A stretch of DNA of 56,723 nucleotides, the filler included, from Candidatus Woesearchaeota archaeon (GTDB lineage Archaea > Nanobdellota > Nanobdellia > Woesearchaeales > CAZJJJ01): assembly GCA_046538795.1 (NCBI GenBank). It is 4 parts of 4 records of this genome, joined end to end, with 100 filler letters (N's around TTAATTAATTAA, not from the genome) between each part and the next. Parts side by side here need not be neighbours in the genome. Positions count along the whole stretch, not along the records: positions 1 to 18,166 come from JBKHIF010000026.1; 3 more parts are not named here. One strand, given 5' to 3'. Below are positions 1 through 9,570 of the stretch, in pieces (the stretch's first letter is position 1; every line of letters begins with the position of its first letter). The position numbers and the translations under genes are program-made. The notes under the pieces are model-generated. The model worked only from the letters and a program-made list of their open reading frames with translations, made no database searches and had not been told where the DNA came from.

Positions 1-186
1 AAACCCCCACTAGCATGCTTTTAGTAAAATTTTTAGCAAAAATTTTGTGGGATTCTCAGGGGTCCCATTTGAGCTTCCTATCACGTGGGGGTTTCTTTAT
101 GAAACCCCCACTAGCATGCTTTTAGTAAAATTTTTAGCAAAAATTTTGTGGGATTCATTCAGGGGTCCCATTTGAGCTTCCTATCA
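1..186 (+). repeat. Tail of ~103-bp tandem repeat array whose unit contains the tRNA-Pro 3' end
   Basis: TCAGGGGTCCCA ends at 67 and 170 (period 103). The unit matches 56535-56723, and bases 1-53 are identical to 56671-56723. Confidence 0.95.
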
Positions 187-231
187 ACAATCGTTAATAA
201 TATAAATGAGCGATTCATTCAAATTTTTATT

Positions 232-1164
232 ATGGCAGATCCGCTTGAGAAATCATATGAACTTCAGAAAAAGGCTAAGGAATATCAGGAATACATACGA
301 GCTGAATCTGATAAGGAGTATCTGAAAACCCTTGAAATCGCAAGGAAGTCTCAGGATGTTGAATCTGTAAAGAACAGGCTTTTCTTTGAACATTTCTGTC
401 AGCTTGAAAAAGAATTTGTAGGCCAGGTAAGGCTAATTCAGGAAGCTGCAAGAGAAATGGCAAACACATTAAGCATAGATGAGTTCAAAAAAATAATCTC
501 ACAGATTGTCCTTGCATTAGGCGACATTGAAGAGTTCAGGCAGGGAATAAAACAGCACATTGATGTATTTCTCAATGAAAACAGAGAGATTATGGAATGC
601 ATCGACAAGAAGATGAAGACAGAAAAGCTTGAGCTTAAGACCAAAGAGGAAGAATCTGCGCTTAGAAATTACATGTGGAGTTCAAAAAATATCAATAAGT
701 ATCTTAAATACCTGACAAAAGAAAATGTTCTTGATACAGGAGATATTGAAACCCAGAGGGCAAAGCAGATCAAGTCTCTTAATGATCAGAAAAACGATCT
801 TATGAAGCTTCAGGGCGATGCTGAAAAAGAATACAGTGTCGTAAGACTTATAATGGATGAATTTAAGCAGATACAGAAATCAAACTCTTATGAAGGTGTG
901 CTTATAACTGAGCTATCCAACATAATCGGCGTGAACAAGCTTCTTGACATAACAGAGCTTCCCACTCCTGCAATTGTCGAAGATCTTTCAAGAAAGCTTG
1001 GCGAATTAAGAAAAGTTGTTTCAACTGATGTTGAGCTTCTTACTATAATACCTAACCAGATAATAGACCTTAAGAAAGAAGAGCTTCTTGATAAGGAGGA
1101 TCTGGATTTTCTATACAGTCTTGAGCAGATATCTGATCTTAGTGAGATGAATCTTCACAAATAG
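232..1164 (+). CDS. Hypothetical helical protein, paralog 1 of 3 (310 aa)
   Basis: ATG at 232 (MADPLEK) lies ~25 nt after TATAAAT and aligns with the starts of the next two ORFs. The ORF-track extension to 148 runs into the repeat. Confidence 0.85.
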   Translation: MADPLEKSYELQKKAKEYQEYIRAESDKEYLKTLEIARKSQDVESVKNRLFFEHFCQLEKEFVGQVRLIQEAAREMANTLSIDEFKKIISQIVLALGDIEEFRQGIKQHIDVFLNENREIMECIDKKMKTEKLELKTKEEESALRNYMWSSKNINKYLKYLTKENVLDTGDIETQRAKQIKSLNDQKNDLMKLQGDAEKEYSVVRLIMDEFKQIQKSNSYEGVLITELSNIIGVNKLLDITELPTPAIVEDLSRKLGELRKVVSTDVELLTIIPNQIIDLKKEELLDKEDLDFLYSLEQISDLSEMNLHK

Positions 1165-1230
1165 GATAAATTTTCTTTATGTTTTCTAAAATGATTAAAA
1201 ATAAATAGTTTCATATTTTTACATTATCTT

Positions 1231-2160
1231 ATGGATCCTGTGAAAAAGACTCTTGATCTTGAACGAAATGCCCATAAAAAAGAGGATGAAATAGAAGATA
1301 AGAGCGAAAAGGAGTATGAAGATACTCTTCGTGTCTCAAAAGAGTCTCTTGAGATGGATTCTTTGAAAAACAATCTTTATTTCAAGAATTTTGCTGACCT
1401 TGAGAAAAGATTCATAGCAGAACTCAAGAAGATAAAGGATTCTGAGAAAGCAATGAAAAAGCCGAGTCTTTCTTTTCCTGAATTCAGGAAACTTGTTTCT
1501 GATTTTGTATTAGCATTAGGAAATCTTGAGGAGTTCAGAGAAAAGATCGTGATACATATCGATGCTTTGATAAGGCAGGATGAAGAGATAATCTCGCTTA
1601 TCAAAAAAAAGATGTCGCTTGAAGGGTCTGAAATAAAAGATAAGGATCAGGAGCTTAGCTTAAGGAAATACATGTTTAGTTCAAAAAACATCAACAAGTA
1701 TCTTGATGATATCTTAAAACGAAAAGTTGCTGACACAGGAGAGATTGAAACTATAAGAAGCGAACAGCTTAAGGCGCTTGATATTGAACGTGTTGATCTT
1801 GAAAAATTAAGGCGCGACGCTATAAGAGAAAATGATACTGCGCTTGCTATACTTACTGAGATTAAGCAGCTTAAGAAGATAAATGATATCGAAGGTGTTC
1901 TTATAGAGAATATTGCAAGGATAATTTCACTTAACAATTTTCTTGAAAGAAACGATTTTCCGCAGTCATCTGTCCTTGAAGAGTTTGCTCTTTCCATAGA
2001 TGAATTAAGAAAGCTTATTGCAACAGAGATACATCTTCTTTCAATAATACCAGGCCAGGTTGTATTGCTGAAAAATGATGAATTATTGGATTCAGAGGAT
2101 TTTCAATACTTAAAAGACCTGACAAAAATTTCTGATATACCTGATGATGAGATGCAATGA
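1231..2160 (+). CDS. Hypothetical helical protein, paralog 2 of 3
   Basis: Shares KNxLxFxxFxxLEKxF, LRxYMxxxxNIxKYL, DTGxI and ELLDxED motifs with its neighbours. Confidence 0.85.
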   Translation: MDPVKKTLDLERNAHKKEDEIEDKSEKEYEDTLRVSKESLEMDSLKNNLYFKNFADLEKRFIAELKKIKDSEKAMKKPSLSFPEFRKLVSDFVLALGNLEEFREKIVIHIDALIRQDEEIISLIKKKMSLEGSEIKDKDQELSLRKYMFSSKNINKYLDDILKRKVADTGEIETIRSEQLKALDIERVDLEKLRRDAIRENDTALAILTEIKQLKKINDIEGVLIENIARIISLNNFLERNDFPQSSVLEEFALSIDELRKLIATEIHLLSIIPGQVVLLKNDELLDSEDFQYLKDLTKISDIPDDEMQ

Positions 2161-2254
2161 CTAGATTAGTAAATTTAATGCTGTGGTTTTTCTTGTTTTC
2201 TGCCTTTTAAAATTAAAAAGAATTAAATATCCCAAACATATATGGTTTCTTAAG

Positions 2255-3214
2255 ATGATTTCAATACTTTCGATTTTGTTCCTGAAAAAAGATCCTTTGG
2301 ATGAAACTGTACAGCTTGAGAAAAAAGAACACACTCAGGAGCATGAAATAGAGGAAGAAAGCGAAAAAGAGTATGGAGATACCATAGAGATTGTTAAGGA
2401 ATCAAAAGATATAGAGTCGCTTGAGAAAAACCTTTTCTTTAAGAATTTTACAGAACTAGAAAAAAAGTTTGTCTCTGAGATTAAAAAAATTAAGGAGGCA
2501 AAGGAAGATCTTATGGATGATGATGTAACTGTGTCTGAATTCAGGGATATCATATCAAACATTGTTCTTTCACTTGATAACATCGAAACATTCAGAAAAG
2601 GCATACAAAAGCATATAGAAGTGATACTTAAAAAAGACGAAGAAATTCTAAGGTGCATAAGAAAAAAGATTCGTGATGAAGATAAAGAGATAAGGGAAAA
2701 AGATAAAGAAAGATCTCTTAGGGATTACATGTTCAAGAACGAGAATATTGACAAGTATCTCTTAAATCTTTCATCGCAGGACCGCCTTGACACAGGAGGA
2801 ATTGATTCTCTTCATACAAAACAGATCAAAGCGCTTGTGAAAGAAAAGGTAGATCTAACCAAGATGCGGCAGGAAGCATTCAGGGAAAATGATCTTGCAA
2901 AACTTATATTGACTGAATTTCGGCAGGTATTAAGATGCAATACTTATGAAGGATTTTATATTGACCAGATAGCAAAAGTCATACATGAAAATGATCTTCT
3001 TGATGTGAAGAAGATGCCTGATTATGCAATTCTTGACGATCTTTTTCTGAAGATGGACAAGTTAAAGGATTTGGTCGCAACTGAGATACATCTTTTAACC
3101 ACAATACCCAACCAGATCCTGGAGCTTAGAAAAGAAGAGCTGCTGGATAAAGAAGATTTTGAGTTTTTAAAACAGGTTGAAGATATAAGCGACATAAAAG
3201 ATTTTTATAAATAA
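2255..3214 (+). CDS. Hypothetical helical protein, paralog 3 of 3
   Basis: Same motifs. ATG at 2255 chosen as start; exact start uncertain. Confidence 0.8.
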   Translation: MISILSILFLKKDPLDETVQLEKKEHTQEHEIEEESEKEYGDTIEIVKESKDIESLEKNLFFKNFTELEKKFVSEIKKIKEAKEDLMDDDVTVSEFRDIISNIVLSLDNIETFRKGIQKHIEVILKKDEEILRCIRKKIRDEDKEIREKDKERSLRDYMFKNENIDKYLLNLSSQDRLDTGGIDSLHTKQIKALVKEKVDLTKMRQEAFRENDLAKLILTEFRQVLRCNTYEGFYIDQIAKVIHENDLLDVKKMPDYAILDDLFLKMDKLKDLVATEIHLLTTIPNQILELRKEELLDKEDFEFLKQVEDISDIKDFYK

Positions 3215-3264
3215 CATGATTATCTCTTAAAAAACAAGTTAACTTAATCATAATCGAAAAAATT

Positions 3265-3325
3265 TGCTTAATGATGAAGTTATCCCCGGCTGACTAATGA
3301 TGAACGGAAGTAACTGCTGAGAGCA
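3265..3325 (+). ncRNA. Archaeal box C/D guide sRNA (dual guide)
   Basis: C box ATGATGA 3271-3277, 12-nt guide, D' CTGA 3290-3293, C' ATGATGA 3297-3303, 13-nt guide, D CTGA 3317-3320. Terminal stem TGCT/AGCA followed by a T-tract. Confidence 0.9.
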
Positions 3326-3552
3326 TTTTTTTTTAAAAACGCATTTTTTCTTACTTTGATTCTTGGAAACATATTTATTCCATAAATCGTATATTTTGTA
3401 TTATTCTCTGCTTAATAATATGATGAATAAGAGTACATCAGAATCTTTGATTCTGTGTTTATGCCTTTGGTATAAAGAAATTTCTAAACGATATTTCTCG
3501 TGACTGCTTAAGAGCATTTTAAAAGAAAGTGATATGCCAAATAAAAATATAT

Positions 3553-3825
3553 TTATTCAGAACAATTTATTCTCAGAACATTCTCATCCTGTTCTATTTC
3601 AATTGAAGAAAGATCGTTTAATACTATGTCGTTTCCTAAAAGATAGAAATTGATTTTCCTGCAGTCGATCTCAACATGATCTATGTCCTCAAACTCTAAA
3701 GGAGTCTTGGGAGCTTCTTTGCTTTCCTGCGGATTATTGATATCAAATAGATTTACAATACAATTATATTTATCCTCATCTATTTTTTTTCTTGCAATCA
3801 ATGCTGACTTTGTTTCATACTGCAT
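3553..3825 (-). CDS. Small hypothetical protein
   Basis: 90-aa ORF with natural composition, not overlapping other genes. Confidence 0.65.
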   Translation of the reverse strand: MQYETKSALIARKKIDEDKYNCIVNLFDINNPQESKEAPKTPLEFEDIDHVEIDCRKINFYLLGNDIVLNDLSSIEIEQDENVLRINCSE

Positions 3826-4064
3826 AAATAAGAGTTATCTGCAATTATTTTTAAAGATTGTGATTTGTTTAAATTCGTTGTTCTTGTTCTCATTTTAAGA
3901 AAGTTACAAACTTTTTTAAAGTAATCTGTTTTAAGATAGTTGTGGTGGGTCGGTTAGGAAAGTTAAGTTTATTCAAGCATCGATAGATTATTTTATAGAT
4001 ACGGGTGGTATAAATCAGCGATGGAAAATCTCTTAGTTCGGATATCGAGAAAAATCTCAAGCTC

Positions 4065-6941
4065 TTGCAGAAGCTCTCAAGCGAGATGGAGCAAAAACGC
4101 GATTTTCTTGTTGAGGATTATATAAGAGAACTGAAATCATCCGGAATTCTTAGGGATTTTGTCATAGATAAAAATGCATCATGGGATCATGATGATTGGT
4201 TACACTTACTTAATAGATTGAGGGATCTTGGGTATGAGGCGATTGATCCGGATAAGATCGGTGAGTTTCTTGAAGATGAGAAACAGATCTATCTGGAAGA
4301 GCTTAAGCAAAAAGAAAAGATTGAGACAGCTATGGAAAAGCTTCAAAAGTCAAAACTTGCACCTGAGTTCATAAAACGAACTCACGGGGCAGGTTCTTTT
4401 GAAGATTTTCTTAAGTATCTCGATAAAGAGAAATTTGACTATGGAGTCTTAGAGCTTTCTGAACTTTCTGATTATCTTGAAGAACTAAGAGAAAATTATC
4501 TTGAGTCTGAGCAGAAAAAGGTCGATAGTTTTGAATACAAGCAAAAGATGTTTGAAAGCGAGAAAAAGGAATTTGATCAATCTGCAGAGATGATTTCCAT
4601 AGACAAAAAAGAGATGGAAAAGAAAGAGGATATTCTTGAAAAAGAGATGACTGAACTAAAAGACAAGCAGGCGCATGTTCAGGATATTGTTAAGCAAAAC
4701 AGGGAACGCGCTCAGGAAATCCTTTCAAGAGAATCTGCTCTTAAGGAAGCTATGGAAAAATTTGACAAGGAAAAAAATCTATGGGAAGAGAAGAAACAGC
4801 ATCTTGCAAAAGAGGTTACTGATCTTAAGAAGACAAAAGAGTCAATCCTTGCAGAGCTCTCAAACGCTGAGAAACAGGTTGAGACATTAAACAAGGCATT
4901 GACTGAAAAAGAGATTCTGGTTTATGATAATCATGAATTAAGCGCAAAACGTAAAGAGATTCTTGAAAAAGAAGAAAGCATCAAAAAGACTGAAAAGGAG
5001 ATTGAAGCAAAACAAGAAGAGCTTGCAAAAAAATACGAGCTTATCGAACAAAAGGAAAATTCAATAAAGGTTCGTGAAGATGAGATTGCAAGAAGCAAGG
5101 AAACCTTAGACAAGAAACTTGATTCTCTGGGTGAAAGAGAGGCTGAACTTGAAAAGAATAAAGAAGATGCAGATAATAGGCTTTCTGAACTTAAGGAGAA
5201 GATAACTGAGAACAAGGAACTTGAAAAGACCCTGGAGAAGAAAAGAAAGGTCTTTGAAAAAGAAAAAGCAGATTATCTTGAGAAAAAATCTGAAGTTGAA
5301 AAGCTTACTTCTGAATATGAAACCAACAAGAAAAACATGGAATCAGAGCTTTTATCGCTCAAGGATTCTGTTTCGGAATTCACAAGCCAAAGAGACAAGC
5401 TATCTGAAGAACTTAAATCATTATCATCGCAGAAATCACTTCTTGAAAAAAACAAGGATGTTGTTCTTTCTGATGTGAACAAGATCCAGACAAGCCTTGA
5501 AAAAGCAAAAGAGAGTCTTGCGAAAAAAGAAGAGAAGATGAAGGAGATTGACAAGAAGCTCGAAAGCAAGAGCGGCGAGATAAATGCTCTTAGGAAAAAT
5601 CTTGAGAAGAAAAAATCAGATCTTGACAAGCTTGAAAATAAGCTTTCATCAAAAGAAGCTCTTATCGAATCAGGCATGGAAGAGCTGAAAAATCAAAAAG
5701 AAGAGATCAGAGAAAAACTTAAACACAGCAAGGTCGTAGAATCAGTTCTTGCAAAGAAGCAAAAAGAGCTTGAGAAGATATCTTCTGACCTTGAATCAAG
5801 AGAACACAAGGTGTCTGTTCTTGAAGAGAGTCTTGATGAAAAATCAAAGTATCTTGCAAAACTTGAGCTTGAATTGAAAAATAATAAATCCACTTTGCAG
5901 AAGGCAAACGAAGAACTAAAGATTGCAAATGATAAGATAAATCTTCAGCTTAGATCAAAGAAAGAAGAATTTGAAAATATGGAAAGAGAGCTTTCCTCGT
6001 CAAAGAAAACCCTTTTGGATCAGCAGAAAATAGTAAAGCAGCTTCTTGATCAAAAACAAAGGCTTGAAGAAGATGTGAACAAGCTTGATTCTTATCATGG
6101 CGAAAAAGAAAAGGAATTAAAGGAAAAGCTTGAGCTTTCCAATAAGAAATCAAAAGAGCTTATAGAACTTGAGCGCGAGCTTGAGGATAAATCAAAATCA
6201 TTGTCTGTTCTTGAATCCAGGCTTACAGATACCAAGGACAGCCTCCAGTCAAAGGTAGATTCTTTGAAAGATGAGCTTTCTGTACTTGAAAAAAGAAAAA
6301 AAGAGCAGGAAGCATATATAGAAGACCGCGACAAGACTGTTGCCCAGGTAAAAGAAGAGATGGAAAAATTCGAGAAGTCTGTAGCCACATTAAGGAATTT
6401 CAAGCAGAAGCTTTCTGATGAGATTGTGCGGCTTGATGCATATTCTGAAAGAAAACATAAAGAGATAAATGAGCGCATCAAAGAAGATGACAAGCGTTCA
6501 AAAGAACTAAGAGAAAAAGAAAGAAGATCAAAAGAGCTTGAATCAAAATTAAAAGATAAAGACGAAGAGCTTTCAAGACGCAACAAGGAACTTGAAAAGC
6601 TTGATGAGAAGACCAGAAAAAGCCAGGAAGAGACACAAAAGAAACTTACTGAGCTTGAAAAGACAGAAAAGCTTCTTGAGGCAAAGTTTGATGAAGTTGC
6701 GATAAAAGAAAAGGAGCTTCAGACTATTGATAAAGAGCTTGAGATAAGGACAAAGCTTATCGAGCAGAAGCATGAGAAGACAAAAGAACAGCAGGAGATG
6801 CTTGCCAAAAAAGAAGAGCAGCTAAGAAAGCTTGAAGAAGAGCTTAAGAAAAATTCTGACGAGATAAAGCAATATGAAGAATCACTTCACACTCAACTTG
6901 ACAGTATCAGGGGTTCGCTTAAAGGGGGTAAGAAGAAATAA
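4065..6941 (+). CDS. Very long coiled-coil protein
   Basis: E/K/L-rich heptads over ~800 aa; no Walker motif seen. Start uncertain (TTG 4065 or ATG 4086). Confidence 0.85.
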   Translation: MQKLSSEMEQKRDFLVEDYIRELKSSGILRDFVIDKNASWDHDDWLHLLNRLRDLGYEAIDPDKIGEFLEDEKQIYLEELKQKEKIETAMEKLQKSKLAPEFIKRTHGAGSFEDFLKYLDKEKFDYGVLELSELSDYLEELRENYLESEQKKVDSFEYKQKMFESEKKEFDQSAEMISIDKKEMEKKEDILEKEMTELKDKQAHVQDIVKQNRERAQEILSRESALKEAMEKFDKEKNLWEEKKQHLAKEVTDLKKTKESILAELSNAEKQVETLNKALTEKEILVYDNHELSAKRKEILEKEESIKKTEKEIEAKQEELAKKYELIEQKENSIKVREDEIARSKETLDKKLDSLGEREAELEKNKEDADNRLSELKEKITENKELEKTLEKKRKVFEKEKADYLEKKSEVEKLTSEYETNKKNMESELLSLKDSVSEFTSQRDKLSEELKSLSSQKSLLEKNKDVVLSDVNKIQTSLEKAKESLAKKEEKMKEIDKKLESKSGEINALRKNLEKKKSDLDKLENKLSSKEALIESGMEELKNQKEEIREKLKHSKVVESVLAKKQKELEKISSDLESREHKVSVLEESLDEKSKYLAKLELELKNNKSTLQKANEELKIANDKINLQLRSKKEEFENMERELSSSKKTLLDQQKIVKQLLDQKQRLEEDVNKLDSYHGEKEKELKEKLELSNKKSKELIELERELEDKSKSLSVLESRLTDTKDSLQSKVDSLKDELSVLEKRKKEQEAYIEDRDKTVAQVKEEMEKFEKSVATLRNFKQKLSDEIVRLDAYSERKHKEINERIKEDDKRSKELREKERRSKELESKLKDKDEELSRRNKELEKLDEKTRKSQEETQKKLTELEKTEKLLEAKFDEVAIKEKELQTIDKELEIRTKLIEQKHEKTKEQQEMLAKKEEQLRKLEEELKKNSDEIKQYEESLHTQLDSIRGSLKGGKKK

Positions 6942-6962
6942 TGATTACCGGGGTCAAATGAT

Positions 6963-9167
6963 ATGGATATCAAATCAAAGCTTCTTGATACAAGAAAATA
7001 TCTAGAGGAGTGGACTCATGCCAATGACAGGCGCGAGAAGATCCTTGATGAGAGAGAGAATTCTGTTTCTGATAAAGAGAAATCTATTGACTCCCAAAAG
7101 AAAGTCCTTGAAGAGCGGGAAAAAAAGATTTCTGAACTTGAAAAGACTAACGAGGAAACTGAAGACTATCTTGAAAAACACAAGGATGAACTTGATAAGC
7201 TTGAGAAAGAGCTTAATCAAAAACACCTGACTCTTGTAAAAAAAGACAAGTCCCTGAAAAAAGATGCTGCAAAGTATGAACGTGAAAAGACAAAACTTGA
7301 AAAAGAGATCAAAACTCTTGAAAATACTAAATCTGATCTTGTGAAATTTATAAAGGATTCTGACAAGTATATAGCAAGTTCCCTGAAATTCTTCAAGAAA
7401 AAAGAAAAAGATATCAAGAAGAGTCAGGAGGATTTTGAAAAAGAGCAAAAGCATTTCAAGGAAAAAAAAGAGAAGCTTGAGCTTGACCTGAAGCATTTTG
7501 AAGAGCGCGAAGAAAAGCTTGATAGGAAAGAAAAGCATATAGATGAAAAGGAATCAAGGCTTGAGAAAATTTCAAAAGAACTTGATACAAAGACTCTTTC
7601 CCTTGAAGAGAAAAAAGCAAAGCTTGAAGAAGATGTCGCAAACCTGACTTCAAAAAAGCAGAGCCTTGAAAAGGAAATATCTATTTTTGAAAAGGATTTT
7701 GAGAGAACTAAAAAAGAACTTGATGTAAGATCAAAAGAACTTCAGAAAGTTCAGGAAAATATTTCTTCTGAAAAGCACTCGCTTCTTCTTGAAAAGCAGG
7801 ATGTTGAGAATAAGATTAAAGTTCTTGAGAACAAAGAGCGTTATCTTGCATCAAAGGAAAAAGAGATTGCAAACGAAGCAGATGCTCTTGAAGCTAAAAA
7901 AACAATCTTCCTTAGGCGAGAAAAGGTTACGCGAGATAATGAAGAGTCTTCTACAAAGAAACTTGAATACCTGAAATCAAAGATAAAGGATTATAACAGC
8001 ATGAATAAAGAGCTTTCTCAAAAGATTGCAAGGTATGACAAGATATCAAAAGAGGTCCAGGAAAAACTTGATGATCTCACTGAAAAAGAGACAAAAGCAG
8101 ATGAGATACTTGCACTCAAGCATGATCTTGAAAAAAGAGAGATTGATGTTAACAAGAGAATGCAGGATCTTGAAATATCTGAAGCTGATATTAAGAGACA
8201 AGAAAGCATTATCACGAAAAGAGAGCATGATCTCGTGCTTAAGGAAAAAGAATTCGGAGAAAGAGAAGACAAAATCCAATCATATGAAAATGATCTTAAA
8301 GAAAAGCTTGAGAAAAATCAAAAGGAAAAAGCAGATCTTGCAGCCAAATTTAAGATAATGAAAGATAAGGAAGAACAGGCAGAGAAGCTTTTCAAGGAAC
8401 TTGAGAAGCAGAACAAGAATATTGAATCTTCCAACAAGGATCTTTTCGAAAAGCTTGATAAGCAGGAGAAAAAGGATAAAGAGCTTAAGAAAAAAGAAGT
8501 TGATCTTCAGAGAAAAGTGCTTACCTTAGAGCATGACAGGAACAATCACAAGAAAAAAGAAGATGCTCTGGAAAAGGAACTGAAAAAAGTTGAAGAGAAA
8601 GAGAAAAAAATTGAAGAAAAAGAAAAAAACATGAAAGATTATGCTTCTGCATTAAAAGAGAAAGAGCTTGATTTAGAAAAAGAGAACAAAGAGCATATCA
8701 AGTTTGCAAAATACCTGAAAACTGAAAATGATAAGCTTTCAGAAAATATCCAAAAACTAAAAGAAGAGCACAAGCAGCTCAAAAAAGATCATGATTCGCT
8801 TAAGTCTGAACTTAATAAGAGAAAATATGCAGATGATGTTCTTGAGAAAAGGGCAAAAGAGATAGCTGAAAAAGAGACCATACTAAGAGGAAAAGAAAAA
8901 GAGATTGAAGAACTAAGGCAGAAGATTGAAAAGCAAAAGAGAGTCATTGAAGAAGAATATGAAGATCTTTCTGAGATAAAAGAAGATGAAAAAGAGGTTT
9001 CTGAATCTGTCTCTGAATACAAGCAATCATCAAGATACACAGAAGTTCATGAGTATATAAAAAAGGCATTGTCTCACGGGTTTTCAAAAGATGATGTTAA
9101 GAAAAAGCTTATTGCAGTAGGCTGGACAGAGTCTCAGCTTAAAGAAGTATTCTCAGAACTCAGATAA
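6963..9167 (+). CDS. Long coiled-coil protein with C-terminal G-F-S...GW small domain
   Basis: 734 aa, E/K-rich; ends YIKKALSHGFSKDDVKKKLIAVGWTESQLKEVF. Confidence 0.85.
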   Translation: MDIKSKLLDTRKYLEEWTHANDRREKILDERENSVSDKEKSIDSQKKVLEEREKKISELEKTNEETEDYLEKHKDELDKLEKELNQKHLTLVKKDKSLKKDAAKYEREKTKLEKEIKTLENTKSDLVKFIKDSDKYIASSLKFFKKKEKDIKKSQEDFEKEQKHFKEKKEKLELDLKHFEEREEKLDRKEKHIDEKESRLEKISKELDTKTLSLEEKKAKLEEDVANLTSKKQSLEKEISIFEKDFERTKKELDVRSKELQKVQENISSEKHSLLLEKQDVENKIKVLENKERYLASKEKEIANEADALEAKKTIFLRREKVTRDNEESSTKKLEYLKSKIKDYNSMNKELSQKIARYDKISKEVQEKLDDLTEKETKADEILALKHDLEKREIDVNKRMQDLEISEADIKRQESIITKREHDLVLKEKEFGEREDKIQSYENDLKEKLEKNQKEKADLAAKFKIMKDKEEQAEKLFKELEKQNKNIESSNKDLFEKLDKQEKKDKELKKKEVDLQRKVLTLEHDRNNHKKKEDALEKELKKVEEKEKKIEEKEKNMKDYASALKEKELDLEKENKEHIKFAKYLKTENDKLSENIQKLKEEHKQLKKDHDSLKSELNKRKYADDVLEKRAKEIAEKETILRGKEKEIEELRQKIEKQKRVIEEEYEDLSEIKEDEKEVSESVSEYKQSSRYTEVHEYIKKALSHGFSKDDVKKKLIAVGWTESQLKEVFSELR

Positions 9168-9492
9168 GTTTTATTGTTTCAGGTATTATGGTTTTTTGAT
9201 CATCTTTCTGGGCAATCTTTCCTGTAACTTCTACAACTATTCCTTCTTTCACTTTAGTCCTGTTCTCGAAAATCACCAGATTTATTGTTTCGTTGTATGA
9301 TAATTTTATCACCTGCAAAGTTCCATAGTCATCTATTTTTTCTACTACGCCTTTGATTCTTATAGGTTCATCATTTTCTTTTTTGAACGGTGTTGATTCT
9401 TCTATTGTTTCTGTTTTCAGTATGATAAATAGAAAAATTATTCCTAATAGCGCAGTTATGGTTGATGTTTTTTTAAGCAGCTTTTCTTCCAT
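9160..9492 (-). CDS. Membrane-anchored OB-fold-like protein
   Basis: N-terminal hydrophobic helix; IRIKGVV...GIVVEVTGKI pattern typical of OB folds. Confidence 0.6.
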   Translation of the reverse strand: MEEKLLKKTSTITALLGIIFLFIILKTETIEESTPFKKENDEPIRIKGVVEKIDDYGTLQVIKLSYNETINLVIFENRTKVKEGIVVEVTGKIAQKDDQKTIIPETIKLI

Positions 9493-9512
9493 GCGTTATC
9501 ATAATTTGATAT

Positions 9513-9561
9513 CTTTAATATGTCTTGCTTAAGATTTTCCGGATAGTTTCCATAAATTTTG
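9513..9561. repeat. 49-bp perfect direct repeat, left copy
   Basis: CTTTAATATGTCTTGCTTAAGATTTTCCGGATAGTTTCCATAAATTTTG is identical to 10661-10709. Confidence 0.95.
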
Positions 9562-9570
9562 AAAGATATT

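Noticed and set aside
1..186. CRISPR array
   Set aside because: The units are near-identical along their whole length with no unique spacers, and there are no cas genes in the window.
148..231. N-terminal extension of the first ORF
   Set aside because: It starts inside the repeat; paralog alignment and the TATA position favour ATG 232.
6939..6965. Readthrough fusion of the two coiled-coil ORFs (same frame)
   Set aside because: Tandem TAA TGA stops and a separate ATG; sharing a frame is a 1-in-3 chance.
4675..9040. Many antisense and alternative-frame Ser/Phe/Leu-rich ORFs
   Set aside because: Shadow ORFs of the E/K-rich coiled-coil genes.
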